A stretch of 64,000 nt of DNA from assembly GCA_003427395.1 (NCBI GenBank), contig BFEA01000040.1, positions 3,937,098 to 4,001,097 on the forward strand, given 5' to 3'. The translations under genes and the position numbers were made by a program. This document shows positions 51,401 to 64,000 of this stretch, one piece after another; within the stretch, counting starts at the first letter, position 1, and each line of letters starts with the position of its first letter. A model generated the notes under the pieces. That model saw nothing but the letters and a program-made list of their open reading frames with translations, was not told where the DNA came from and searched no databases. Origin of the DNA: Chara braunii (Eukaryota > Plantae > Charophyceae).

Positions 51401-53765
51401 GAGTCTGTCTCCATGACCATAAGGGTTGACTGCCACCACAGGTCGGAACCTGTGTACCACCCGTTCTCCGCAGGGTGCAGAAAAGGGTGTGGTTCTCAAC
51501 CGCCTTGGCGGTTGTCTAACGTCGAGAGATTAACCCCTCAAGGCGCGTGTCAACCGACACTTGAGTGTTGAACACGACCCTCGAGACTATCGAGGATCGC
51601 GCGAATATGGGTACTACATAGTACGTCATCATTGCAACTGCTTGCGAATGCTTGCATGGCTATTCGATATGAGAAAGTCTTGCATTCGCGCAGTTTTATA
51701 TTAAGACGCGAGCGATACTTAACCGATTTCCGTATGAGAAGGTTATGGGTTGGATACTAAAGGGACTAAGAGTGTTTTTGTTTTGGGTGATTGATCTGAC
51801 TTTTGTTCTGGCGTGGTGTAACGCATGGTAAGAAGGATGCATCCTAGTCGACCGACGACGAGTCGCGCTTGGGACTTCAGCCCCCCAGTGCGTCGGCTTG
51901 CGTACGGGTCCGATAAAGGCGTGGAACCTCGCGTACCCCCTATGCTACAGCGTACGAGAAAATGTCCTCAGCTGGTCCACCTCTGCGATTGCATGTAAAA
52001 ACTTTCGTATTGTGGACTGGTAGCTCGGTGGGGATACGCCCACCTAAGGGGTGGTGACAGCTCCCGCAAGTGGACGTAAGTTGTACCTCGCGTGGCTCTA
52101 TCATGTCGTTGGGGTTGGTGAGAGGTATGGCTGGCGCACTCGGCCGGAGTGGCAACGCTCTACGACTGAAGTCTTGCCGAATCCTGAGTGACGAGATCGG
52201 AAACGTCCCCCCGTTACTGCGGGGACCGTGTGCTCGACAACGCGCTGATAACTGAGTTTGGTATATCTGACGATGTAACTCGATCCTTGGTGGAAGCCTA
52301 TTGGGAAGACACAGTTATGTCAGAGATCATCCGTAAGTTAGAAGCTAAGGACAAAGTCACTTCTGACAAATTTACGGTAGTCAATGGCTTGTTGTTCCTT
52401 GAGAAGGCTGGGAATAAACGACTGTGTGTGCCAGATAGAAATCTTTGCATAATTTGTTTCTAGGAGAATGTCGTGATGCAACTGTTAATTTCGGTTATAA
52501 GAAGACTTCAGCTAATCTAGTGCGCAAATTATGGTGGCCCTCTAGGATTCAAGATGCGAAGAAATACGTTGAGACTTACCATGTTTCTGGACGGTGCTGG
52601 TCAAAGTGTGTCCATGGACTTCATGGATACTCTTGTGACCAGCAAGAATGGTAAAAGACACATCTTTGTCATAGTGGATCAATTTACCAAGTACGCTAGA
52701 CTGATCGCCATGTCAGAAACAACGAAAACTGACTATGTCATCAAACTGTTTATAGGCAATTGGTTACGCGATTTTGAACTCTCTATGTCTATTGTAAGCG
52801 ATAGGGATGTGAGATTCACCAGTGAACTGAGGCAATCAACAGCCCAACAAATGGGCACCCGACTGCAAATGACATCAGGGAATCACCCTGAGTCAAATGG
52901 CCAGGCAGAAGAAATGAACCGAGTAGTGCAGCACCTGCTTCTGCATTACATCAAGCCAAGTCAGGATGACTGGGACGAGAAACTACCTCTCATCGCTAGC
53001 CTATACAACAACGCTGTGCACAACACTACTGGTATGACTCCCAACCAATTGGATCTTGGTTGGAAACCCAGAACTGGACTTGACTTTCTTCTACCTGAGA
53101 GGCAGCCGACTGCAACACCTGGCAGCATAAAATTTGTTGTCAAGTATAAATAGATGCTACAGCAGGTCCTTGAACACATTAGGAAGTCTCAAGATGCTAT
53201 GATTGCATATGAGAACAAGCATAGACGGCCTTCTAATTTTTCAGGTAGGGGACAGAGTCTGGGTTAAGTCATCTGAACAGGGTCAGGAATTGGGAATTTT
53301 ACAAAAATTAATGCCTCAATATTTCGGTCCCTGGGAGGTCCTAGACAGTTGGGGATCAGATAGACAAACCTTCTTATGTGATTCGCATCCCTGCTCACCT
53401 ATGCACACACCCAATCTTTCACACTTCAAAGCTGGCACCTTTTGCAGAAACTGCACAGTTTCCCTCCAGACTATTGATGTTGCCCCCAACCATGGATAAT
53501 GAAGTCTACATCGACGAAATTGTGGAGCATCGGACGATGCCAGTGCCTAAACCTCCAGGCAGAGGCCGACCTCCAAAGCCAAGGATGCAGTATCGTGTCA
53601 GATTCAGACATCATACTGATCCCTGTGAAGATCGGTGGTTTACCAAAGAAGAACTCCAGCAAACAGCTTCCCTAGTGATTGCAGGCTACGAAAGAGCACT
53701 CAAGGGAAAGTTGCCTGCAGATTAAGGGACTTCTCAGGGGACTATCGAAGTGAACGAGGAGGGAA

Positions 53766-54623
53766 TGCGAGGATGTGGCTCCTCTGCAGGCCTGAGGGGC
53801 CCCTTATGCAAGTGTGCCCGCCCTAAGTGAAGGCGGGCATAACAAGTCACGAGAGGCCAAATACTGTCAATTTCGTATTTGGGGGCTCAGGCAGTTGTGT
53901 CGCGTCAGTTGGTTGAGGGAACCAAGACCCGGGCAGCACATACTTTCCACGGCCTTCTAGGCCTTTTCTGAAATACAGGCCCTGGGCCACATTCGCAGCA
54001 ACATACACAGACAGTTGGGAGGCGTAACTGAACGAGGCCCAACAGTATCAGAGGCCCAGCTACCTGGGGCCTACAGAAAGCCTCTGGGCACAGGCCCAGC
54101 CCAGCCAGGCCGCAGGCCAGGCCAGACTCTTTCCATATAGGAAAGAGTTCGCTGCCGGGCAGCTGACTCGGGCACTTGCCAGTTTGCGGCAGCGCTTCTG
54201 GAGCAATTGCTCGCGTGCTGCTGCTAGCGCTGTGGCAAGGTGTGGTGCACGTGCGGTCGTGTGGGAAGAAGGGCGCAACTGAGGGCAGTGCCATAGCCCA
54301 GCTTCCATAGCTGGCTGGCCTTGGACATACAGCAAGGCGCAGTGGTGGTCTTCGGGTGTATAGAGGGAAGACAAGGGAGACAGACGAGGGAGAGAGAGAG
54401 ATAGAGATGAGGATGATGATGTGCGGGCTCATACCTGGTATTGGCGATGGTCTGAATTGGGCGACGTCTTCATGTACTTCGGTGGCTGCCGACGTCAACA
54501 GTTGGCTTGTCAATTCTTGGGCAGACAGTAGCTGTGCGGGAGTAGTCTGGGCGCCGAGCGCCAAGTAGGGGGAAGGGCCTGGACTCTTATGTTGGTGGAG
54601 ACAAAAGTAAGCTCTCATTGACA
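53766..54623 (+). repeat. 3' LTR of the gypsy element
   Basis: Begins TG directly after the PPT; candidate end CATTGACA; no partner LTR in the window to confirm. Confidence 0.6.
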
Positions 54624-56043
54624 TTCGGTTTCAGTGTTAGGATTCTCCATTCAATTTGGTGTATTATTGGTGCAATGCTACTTTCTGGACACACTGGAAC
54701 TTTCTGGCCTTCAAGGTGATTGTGCAATCTGGATTCTGTCTTTTTTTTTTTTTTTTTTTTTTTTTTCCTAAATGGGAACAAAGCTCCAATCTATTCATGG
54801 GGATTCTGTCATCTCTCTATTGCTCATTTTCCTTCCACTTGGACCAGTTTTGATTTTTTGAAGAATACTTCAGAAAAAAAGGTGTTTTTCTCCCTCTCTT
54901 CCAGTAGGGATCTTTACTTTTATTACAGGCCCAGCGCCCAAGGCAAGATAGAAGAAAGAAAACATTTTTGAAGAGAACTGGCAAGGCAAGATACAAGAAA
55001 AAGCATTGTCTAGAGAAAACCAGGGATGTCTAAGTTCACTTTTTGTCTCCTTTTTTTTTCTTTTTTTTTTTTAATACAAGGGGAGGCCAGAGTGTGGTAT
55101 GATCCAGGCACTCCGGCCTGGTTCATACGACAGCCTCTTTTGAATTATAAAAGCCGGAAAACAGGTCCGGCGTCCCTCACATCATAGAAAAGGTTACAGT
55201 CCATTCCGAAACTGCACAACAAATTAAATTTTAACGAAATGCCAAAATCCCTATTGTGCAGAATACGGATAATCCTAAAGAAAAGACAGCAAAAACAAGC
55301 CCTACAAAGGCAAAGCCTACCACCCTTGAATATCAGCCAGCCTGCGACCCGGATTCCAGAATTTGCCATTTGCAATTTCCAAAATTTTGAAACCAAAAAA
55401 AGAACAGACAAGCAAGCTTTTCCCATTTCGAAAAGCTACCTGTCGAAACGGAACGAGACAAGTAAAAAAAAAAAAAAAAAAAAAAGAACTGACACAAAAG
55501 ACAAAGGACATAAACTTTGAGGGCGACAAAAGCAAGAACAGGAAGATAAGAAAAACAAAAACAAGCATTAAATTTTAAAATTTAAAACAAAAAAAAGGGG
55601 AAACTGTGGCTGTGACACACCTTTAGTTTGAAATAGGCAAGAAAAAGGCAAAGTGACAGCGGTGTCATGGTGTCAGTTCTGGCATGTATAAGTTTAGCAG
55701 GGGTCTAAAACTTCACCAGTCATTACCTCCAGCGGCGCTTGGCAGATTTAGGGGGGTCGCCTTTTTTTCTTCCGATTCGGGAACAACTGCTAAAGTTGCC
55801 TATTCTTTTTTTCTTTTTTTTTTTTTATTATTATTATTTAAGTAGCCTTTTCTGAACGTTGGGTGTGACTGCAACGTACTTGCCCCCCCCCCCTCCCCCT
55901 CCAAAAAAAAAGAAAAAAAAAGCTGACAAATTTCAACGCAAGAATGGCTTTTTGGAGACTCTTATAGATCTCCACTGCGTAGTCCGATCTCTGTGTCCAG
56001 ATCCCTACGAAGAAGATCCTATGTGCGAACTTTGTCCTAACAT

Positions 56044-56044
<1 letters not shown>

Positions 56045-56076
<32 letters not shown>
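56045..56076 (+). repeat. (CA)n microsatellite
   Basis: Seen directly. Confidence 0.95.
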
Positions 56077-56077
<1 letters not shown>

Positions 56078-56213
56078 GCCTCTTTGATTTCTGGGAGGGT
56101 ACCAGTCCAGTTACTCATCCCCGGCAAGCAGATGGAAAGTACAGATCACAAGAGAAGGATAGGATCCAGACCGTCATCAGAACCGCAAATGGGTATTGGG
56201 CGACTAAGCTCTA

Positions 56214-56318
56214 CCGTCTTCACCCAAATAGAACGCCCGGTCATTATGGCTGCATCTGGACTGAACTTCGCCCCAAATATGGCTATAATGACCGGGCATT
56301 CTATTGGGGTGAAGACGG
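56214..56318. mobile_element. ~105-bp Tc1/mariner-type MITE
   Basis: TA|CCGTCTTCACCCAAATAGAACGCCCGGTCATTATGGC ... GCTATAATGACCGGGCATTCTATTGGGGTGAAGACGG|TA. Confidence 0.8.
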
Positions 56319-57323
56319 TAGTGCCGCCGAAACATCCTACTGCCTCCACACGTCCTTTCCGCTCCCCCGCCCCTCCCCCCCCAACACAACTCTCCCCTTC
56401 CCCCTCACCCAACTGCATCCCCTCCCAAAAACGGCTTCTAGCTTCGAAAGTCCCCTGGGGACACTACCGCACACTACTGACACAATTCTAGATCCTCCAG
56501 ACAGTACTGTAGAGTGTGCACAATGTTTCTGAATTTTGAGGGAAAAAAAAGAAAAGAAAAGAGAAAAGAGGGTACACATCTGACAGGATGAAAGATTGCA
56601 CTGAGCAGCCCCCCCCCCCCCCACCCCACCCAAAGCTAGGCTTTTTTTTTTCTTTTTTCTTTTCCGGTCAGGATTTGAGCCCATGATCTGTGTAATTATC
56701 AATACGTCTAACAGTGCCTGCGGCATTCAGCCACGTGGGTGAGATGATATCTCACAGCCGGCAGCTGCGACGAGGATTGAACTGACAGTGGATAGTGTTT
56801 GGGACTTCGGATCATGGGCGTGGTGCCAAATGTGCAAATTGAGAATGAATATTCTTTTAGAACATGGAAAGATACATCGTCATACTTTTTGTCCTTTGTA
56901 CCTGCGGTGAGTAGTGGAGAGAGGCCCAATGCTTGGAAAATCATAACTGGTTGATGGACTGGTGCTGTCTTGCTGTCAGGGGTTCAGTGTTAGTTTTTTT
57001 TTTTTTTTTTTTTTTTAGATTGGTCAGACAGCTCAGTGGGGTTGCTTCAGGAAATTATAAAAGGTATAGCTAGGCTGCCAGCTGTCCGATGGGGAGACGT
57101 CTCCCCCGGGCAAGTAGCCATGCGGTCACCTGCACGGGGCACCTCCTGCAGGCAAAAATCAGCCTTTTTTTTGTTTTTGGGTGGCACATCCCCAGAGGAG
57201 CCCATTTTTGGGGCTCCTTTCTTTATTGACTGTTGGCTGTCAAGGTGGGGGAAGGGCAGTATAGTACATTGTTTTTTAAGGGGCTGAAGGGTTCTAAAGG
57301 GGGGTACCTTAGGGTGATTCTCT

Positions 57324-57324
<1 letters not shown>

Positions 57325-57357
<33 letters not shown>

Positions 57358-60300
57358 GGGAACAAAACTCCAATCTATTCGTGGGGAGCAGCACGTGCTG
57401 GGAACCGGGCCCAGCGTCCCATATAGATATTTACATAGAATTTTGAAGGGATTTTGAAAGCTTGCAATACCGGGGCCACTACCCGGCTTAGGCTAAGAGC
57501 TAGATTAAGGAGTACAAACAAGCTACCGAAAATAGGCAAAAATTTCAGGAAAAGACTCAGACGGAGTCAGACCCCCCTCCATCCTCTTTATCTCACTCCC
57601 GCTGCTGCTGTACCCTATTTCCATCCTACCAGCTAGCCCCCTCACTGGTAGGACGCTTGATATCCCGCCATCTACTTCCAGCACCAACCAGCGTCGTTCT
57701 GACCGCAGATCTATGAATATAACAGCCAGAAGCAACTGAATAGAATTTTGAAGGTTTGAGATACCGGGGCCATTGCCCGGCTTTGGTGAAAAGAAAACAG
57801 TCAGCCCTCCTCCCATTTCCTTTCACCCACTACTCTTCTTCATCTCCCGACGAGCCGACCTCCTCCACGACATAGTTCGGGAGAGAAGAACAATAGACCA
57901 ACGACCTCACCAAAATCCCATAGCGATGAAAAGCAGACTTCAATTCTTCCTCTTCCTACGACAGGCCAACCTCCTCCACCACATAGTTCGAAGGAGGAGG
58001 AAGAAGTAGTTCACTCCATCGCAAAACAGGCGCAACACCCTAACCTCCCATCCCCTTACCACCTTCCGGCGCAGACTTATAACAGCTAAGCGACCATCTC
58101 AACTGCAGTTGTGCCCTAATCCAATCCCGCCAGCTAGCCCTCCTCACCAGCAGGACGCAATGTTACCAATCAAAAAAAACTTCCCCCTTCCACTTCAGTC
58201 CCACGCCTGTTCCATAGGCAGGTAAAAGACAACTGATCCCCACTCTTCCTAGATCCCCTTATTCAACTGCATCCTTCGACAAGCCGACCTCCTCCACCCA
58301 TAGTTTGCGAGATGAAGAAAAATGAAGCAGACAACCCTCGACTTCCTCTTGCGACAAGCCGACCTCCTCCACCACATAGTTCGCAAAAGAAAAACGAAAG
58401 TATCCACCATCTGAAACTTGCCAACCCTACCCTCAGATACTGATCAGAACCTTCACCTGCCTGCCCCAAACCAAAACTAACTCATGAGGGGAGGTAAACT
58501 TCATGCAATCCGAATTTAAAACTGAGTTAGAATCACTATTGAGAATCTAGTTCTAGAGATTAGAATGTGAAGTTTGATTTATTGGTAAAGGATTAACGTT
58601 CGGCGCAGCGCGACCGGGAGCGCTGCGCCCCCACCGAAGCAACTTCAGACACAAAGCGGCGTGACGCGGGATGTGTCGGAGAGCCAAACGATGCGATGGG
58701 CGGAGACGCAAGGATGCGAGGTGAGTGAAGGGCACGTACGGAAGAGCTGGCGACAAGGTGGACGGTGGGATATGGCGGCGTAAGGTATAGGAGATGGAGT
58801 ATGTTGGGCAGTGACGAGGAACATCCACGGGCAGATGGGCAGGGAGTGTGGAGTCGCCGGACTAGGTTAGGGCTTGTCATCCTTGGTTGAAAACCCTTCC
58901 GTCTTCCTCAACAGTAGGGTATGGGTATAGTTGAGGTGGTTTTGAACCCCCTGGGGCAACTCGTCAACAAGTTTGGCGAGGGGGTGTCACACCGTCTTTG
59001 ATTTTCTTTGGGGGATTGAAGATGGCCGATCTTGTCCTTGGTGCCTGCTTTGCTTTGAGCCTAGATGTTGGCTGAGGGAGGAAAGGAGTTTTCCTTCCCT
59101 AAGGATGCAGGGGTAGGGTTTGAGGGGTGCGAGGTAACTGTGGTTTGGTTGAGGAAAAAGAGATGAGAGCTGACTGTTTTTTATTGGATTAGGATTCTGC
59201 CCACGCATGGCTTGGATGTCTGATTTGGGGTTGTTCTTCTTTGAATTTTTTCAGAGCTCCCATACAAAATTGCTTGTATTAGTCCACGTTTTTTGCATCA
59301 GTCTACACTTAGTGTTCTTCTAATCCTCTCAGATAGTTTCTGGATGAAATTTTCCTCAATACTTGTATTTCGTGAGCAAGAGTCATAATTTGGAACTCGT
59401 AGTTAGAATTTTTTCAACAAGGCTTTCTCAATTCTCAATTTCCATAATCGTTTTTCTCTAGTTTCATTCTCAATTTTTTCCGAATGTTTCTGATCTATCT
59501 TTGATTTTCTTCTTAATTTTTCTACGGTAGAGGTTCGAAATCTAATGAACATCGTTTTTTGAATACCTAATTCTAACTTCGTATTATCTCGTATCCCTTT
59601 TCTTAAATAGTATATCTTGTATAAATCTAATTCCTGTTTGTAATCGAATTCTTACGTGTTGTGAGCCGATACGTGTTTTTTCTAAATTCGACTTAATTTT
59701 ATTCAATAGACTGAGATGGTCAAATAAAATCTTCCGTAGAGTTTGGGGTTTTCTTGCTTTGAAGTAGGGGGTGGAAGGCATCAAAGGATTCTTTGCAAGG
59801 ATAGAGAGGGGGTAAAATAGGGCTGGTCAACGGGTACCGGCTAGATGTGATTGGCGTTGGGTAGTTAGGTTGTCCAATGGGTACCGGTTGTTGAGGGCGA
59901 CCTTTAGCGCGATTGGCGTTGGGCAGTGTTGTTCACTTCCTTGATGACGGAGACTGAAATTCTTATGGGGGCAAGGAATTTCATGGTGATGATGGTGCAT
60001 CCCCCCTGCTGAGATACGCTATTCTCTGGGCTCCTTACGAGGATGGAGTTGGGAAGGTGAATAAGGTTCTTCCCTTCGATGATGGAGGCGGGATCTTTCA
60101 ATTCATTTGTTTCAGGGTTTGCCGGTTTCCTATTTTTGTTCTATAATTCGTCGGAGGATTGTCAGAGGTTCGTCAAGTTGTCAAAAGTCGTCAGAGTTTT
60201 TTTTTTTAGCCAAGTCCTGGTAATGGCTCTGACATCTTATTTTTCTCCTATTAAAACCTAACGGGACATCTTATGGAACTTTGGGGACCTGCTTTGAAGT

Positions 60301-61471
60301 AAGGGGCCAGGGGCATCAAATGATTTTTTACAAGGACGGAGAGTGGGAGGAAATAGGGCTGCTCGATGGGTACCGACTAGAGGGGTCTCTTATCAGATGC
60401 GATTGGTGTCAGGTAGTTTACGCTGGCTGATGGGTACCGGCTGATGAGAGGGAATTCTTGCGCGATTGGCGTTGGGTAGTGCTAGTTCACCACCTTGACG
60501 ACGGAGACTGGGATTCTTGTGGGGGCAAAGAATCTTAGGGTGATGATGGTGCTCGACCCCCGTGGAGAAGAAGCTCTCTGAAGTTCTTCACGACGACGAA
60601 GTTGGGAATGGACAGAGGTGATTGGGAAGGAGGAAGTTGGTGGTGGATGCAATTGGCGCTGAAATTTCGGCGGGTACCGGCCACTGGCCGCTAACTTCAC
60701 CTGAATCAGTTTGCCTTTCTTCTCTTCAATGATGGATGGAGGCAGGATTGTTCTGTGGGGCTATTTTTCCAAAAAGAGGTTGAGTGGGATGAATAGATGG
60801 TTGGATATCAAGCATCCTACTAGTGAGGGGGCTAGCTTGTAGGATGGAAATCGGGCACAGCAGCAGTGGAGATGGTGGCTCTGCTGCAGTAAGTCTTGCC
60901 GGAGTGAGGTAAAGTGGATATGATGGGGGGGTCTCTGAGTTGTTTTCTGAATTTTGCCTAATTTGAAGCTTCTTAAAAAACAAGAAAATAAGGTGAGTGG
61001 AAGATGGTGGGTTATCATGCGTCCTACCAGTGAGGGGGCTAGCTGGTAGGATGGGAGTATGGCATAGCAACAGCAGAGATGGTGGCTCCACTGCAGTCAG
61101 TCTTGCCAGAGTGAGGTAAAGTGGATTGATGGGGGATCTTCTGAGTTGTTTCTGAATTTTGCTTAATCATGAAGTTGTCATAGACATGTCTGAAGTAGCC
61201 TCAATTCTCTAAGCCGAAGTCGGGTAATCACCCCGGTATCTCAGCCTTCATAGTAGTTCTTCGTCTCATTTTCATGAAATTTTCTGATGAGTTTTCTGAA
61301 CGTACTCGTTATGGGACGTTGGGCCTGGTTCCCAGTTTGTGCCAATTTGTGAGGATATGGTTGTATCTATGGGACGTTGGACCCGGTTTCCAGCAGGTGC
61401 TGCTTCCCACCAATAGATGGAGTTCGGTTTTTTGAAAAAAAGAAAAAAAAAAGAAAAAAAAAAAAAAAAAA
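57325..61471. mobile_element. Head-to-head pair of related non-coding retroposed elements with outward-facing tails
   Basis: Tail motif plus poly(T) at 57325-57420 (minus strand) and tail plus poly(A) at 61371-61471 (plus strand); 57540-57680 is inverted-homologous to 60790-61165; internal duplications at 59755-60010/60290-60560 and 60795-60960/61000-61165. Confidence 0.6.
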
Positions 61472-63325
61472 GTATCAGTATCAAGAGACTGAAGAATATA
61501 AAAAAACAAAATACGAAGTATTTCGATTTTCAAAATAGGGAAACAATTTCCAAATTAAGAGTTAGACATATGCGATGACTTTTAGATTTAGGTATCCAAA
61601 GGGATTTTCGAATCTGATTATCAAACCACGATTTGATAATCGTGGAATAATCTAGTTAGGGTGATGGGTTTAATTAGGAAATGTAATTATGAAAACACAC
61701 TCGAATTTATTGTTGATATGTGATTGATATGTGATTGATATCAGGGGTAGGAAATCAGAGCACAGATTTCATACGTATTGGAATTGAATTCCGATTTCCG
61801 AAATCAAGGATAAGGAGTGATCTTGAAAATGGTTATGAGGATCAAATTCAAAAACTTATACAGAAGATCAAACAGAGATTTTACATGCAACCACGATTAG
61901 GCATCTGAGGCACAAACTAGAAAAATCAGGAGAAGGAGGGTAACGAGAAAGTCGTGAGGGAACGTTCCTCTCCCCATGGATAGGATTATAGTACTACATG
62001 CAACCCTTGGCAATGAAGGTTGTGTGTCTCAATCCACAAACCATGAATACGAAGTGCATCTTGATCGGTAAGATACTGCATGCTGCTCCTCTTCATTCCT
62101 TTCACCGCCTATCTCCTTCAACAGCCCCTCACAATCCTCATCGTCCTCTTATCACAAGATGTTCTATCATATTGTCATGAAGAATCCAGAGGTCCAATGT
62201 AGAACACACTACAAAACGACACTGTTTCACTTGAGTAACTGTGCGACGCGGAACTTGAGGATACCATATCGAAAAGACTTCCTCAACCCCCTCCTCAACC
62301 CTGCTTCCTACACGCCAACCCCACCACCCTCGAGAGAGAGACACCAGACTCTCCCCATCTGCTAGCCACGAAGGCAGCAACCGCCCCTCACTCCAAGATG
62401 TCAAGGTCAACAGCGCGAAGGCCCCTATGGCCATCCATGACAAAACGAAGCAATGGATGGTATGGTCACACCTCGTCGAACCCGTCGATGAGTCACCATA
62501 GGAAGTTCAGGTTTTTGGAAGAAACGTCCGCCAACAGCATTAAGCAGCAGATTGGAGAGGGGGGGAGGAAAACCGAATTACCCCGCCGCAATCCTCACGC
62601 TTCACCATCACCGCTTTCCTTACGGCTCGCTTGCTCCGCCTCACGACCTTCGGCACACTCGTTCTCTGCTGGGACGGTAGCCACACGGCCTCCAATGCTC
62701 CTCCAACGAATGTTGATGTCACCCTCAAACAAAAGATGTTTGCATTGCAATTTTACACAACTGTTACATTTTATTTCTTCCCAGACTTTATCCTCTTTTT
62801 TTCTGGTGATGGGGCTGTTTAGAACCCAGCACGGGGCTCATGCCGGGCCCGACACCCGAGCATTATTGAAGGCGTGCAAACTGGTAGCCAAAGGCATTAA
62901 TGTTCTGCTGTGGCGAATCTCAGAGAAATCACATTTTAACTTGAAAAGTACGAATCTTCTTAAGAAATGGATCACTAAGCTGAATCAGATTCGGGTAGGG
63001 AAGATCGTGGATGGTATAATGTTGTCTACAATCTTCCACGTTAAAGAAATGTTCATGAAGCTGCCTCATGATGAAATTTTTAAACCACCAGTACTTGGTC
63101 CAGCTATCGGACATTTCTAGTTGGATGAATTTTGATGCTCCTTTAGTGGCCCGTACGTTTCTTAAAATCATGGCGCGTTAACGGGCCCTACTTTAGGAAG
63201 TACTCAGTCTGGTGGTTTAAGGTAGTTGAATGGTTTAAGTACTTTAGCATATCCCTGGTTGAAGTACTGGTGGCCAAGGGACATAATGTTGTCCGAGTCA
63301 ACAAAAGACAACAGGGTAGATGCAA

Positions 63326-63328
<3 letters not shown>

Positions 63329-63376
<48 letters not shown>
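63329..63376 (+). repeat. (GA)n microsatellite
   Basis: Seen directly. Confidence 0.95.
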
Positions 63377-63377
<1 letters not shown>

Positions 63378-64000
63378 AGCACTCAGAGTTTGTGATGACA
63401 AGGACAGGGTAAATGCAAGGAAGCACACATAGTGAAGACCACCTCCTCAACTCTTGTCATCACGACGTGTGCATTGCAGACTTCTTCCATGGAAGGGATG
63501 ATGCTGCTTTTAAGAACTTGAACGCGCAGCCGTACCCACTTCCATCTTCCAAGATGATAATGTACATCCACACTAGCCATACGTGGCAACCTCGACCACA
63601 CTCCCATACACAACTTGCCTAATTTGAAGAAAAAAAAAAGTCATTCAAGTCGTTCAAATTTTTTTGCACAAAATGTGAGGCTTTACTCTCGAGGAGGACA
63701 TAATGGGTGTAAATCAGAAGTATCGGCATGCATAACACACACTAGCATCGCCCTTCTGCCTCGTCCACTCAGGCGACGTCCCTTTATCTCTCAACTGATA
63801 TATATAGTTGCTCCTCAAGTTGCTTCCTACATTCCAAAAAACCCAGGCCCACATCTACTCACCGTCGAACATCCTCCTTCCCATGGTCCTACCGCCTCTC
63901 AATCGTTACTCCCACAAAAACTTTTGTCGGTCTGCTGATATCCGTTCGTTCGTACCCGTAGTTCCATACCTTGAAAACAGTTGAAATTGCCCCTAATCCT

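Larger units (their letters stand above)
45228..52239 (+). mobile_element. ~7-kb non-coding insertion, probably a giant solo LTR
   Basis: Splits gypsy pol at YLGA|LITEFG; termini TATCG...CGACA; flanks GCGC/ACGC (4-bp TSD, one mismatch); shares a ~45-nt subterminal motif with the 23172 LTR family. Confidence 0.72.
43176..54623 (+). mobile_element. Decayed Ty3/gypsy chromovirus-type element (5' truncated), interrupted at 45228-52239
   Basis: Protease FADIGSTQNFIS; [28 protein letters not shown]; RNase H TTDA; integrase SMDF, SDRDVRFTS, HPESNGQAE, GPW; chromo-like IDEIVEHR...YRVRF...DRWF; PPT GAGGAGGGAA before TG at 53766. Confidence 0.93.

Noticed and set aside
61283-61310. Second hammerhead (CTGATGAGTTTTCTGAACGTACTC; inverted copy at ~9468-9492)
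   Set aside because: No GAAA core, and no stem I or convincing stem II.
62398-63938. Possible host exons or transposase remnants
   Set aside because: No recognisable motif in any frame; BLASTX would be needed.

Overview
Repeat-dense eukaryotic (plant/streptophyte-type) genomic DNA with four N gaps and no recognisable intact host protein gene. The plant-type U6, Tx1/L1-like LINEs and chromodomain Ty3/gypsy are consistent with a charophyte such as Chara (inference only). Contents: a Helitron-like 3' end; five decayed L1/Tx1-like LINE remnants; a full-length U6 snRNA gene with a TATA box; a 3'-truncated U6 retrocopy with a 13-bp target-site duplication (TSD); four MITE-like elements plus a 165-bp fold-back; a minimal type I hammerhead ribozyme; a ~10-kb non-coding LTR element (tRNA-Asp PBS, ~3.85-kb LTRs) nested in a LINE ORF1; and a decayed chromovirus interrupted by a related ~7-kb non-coding solo-LTR-like insertion. 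Most unusual feature: each LTR of the non-coding element carries a cassette of a U6-like TATA box, a ~90-nt closed stem ending in U4, further hairpins, and the 3' half of U6 fused tail-to-tail to a tRNA 3'-half fragment. A conserved ~52-nt 3'-tail stem-loop with a compensatory base change is shared by a LINE and several non-coding elements. Element boundaries are read by eye and approximate unless termini are quoted.
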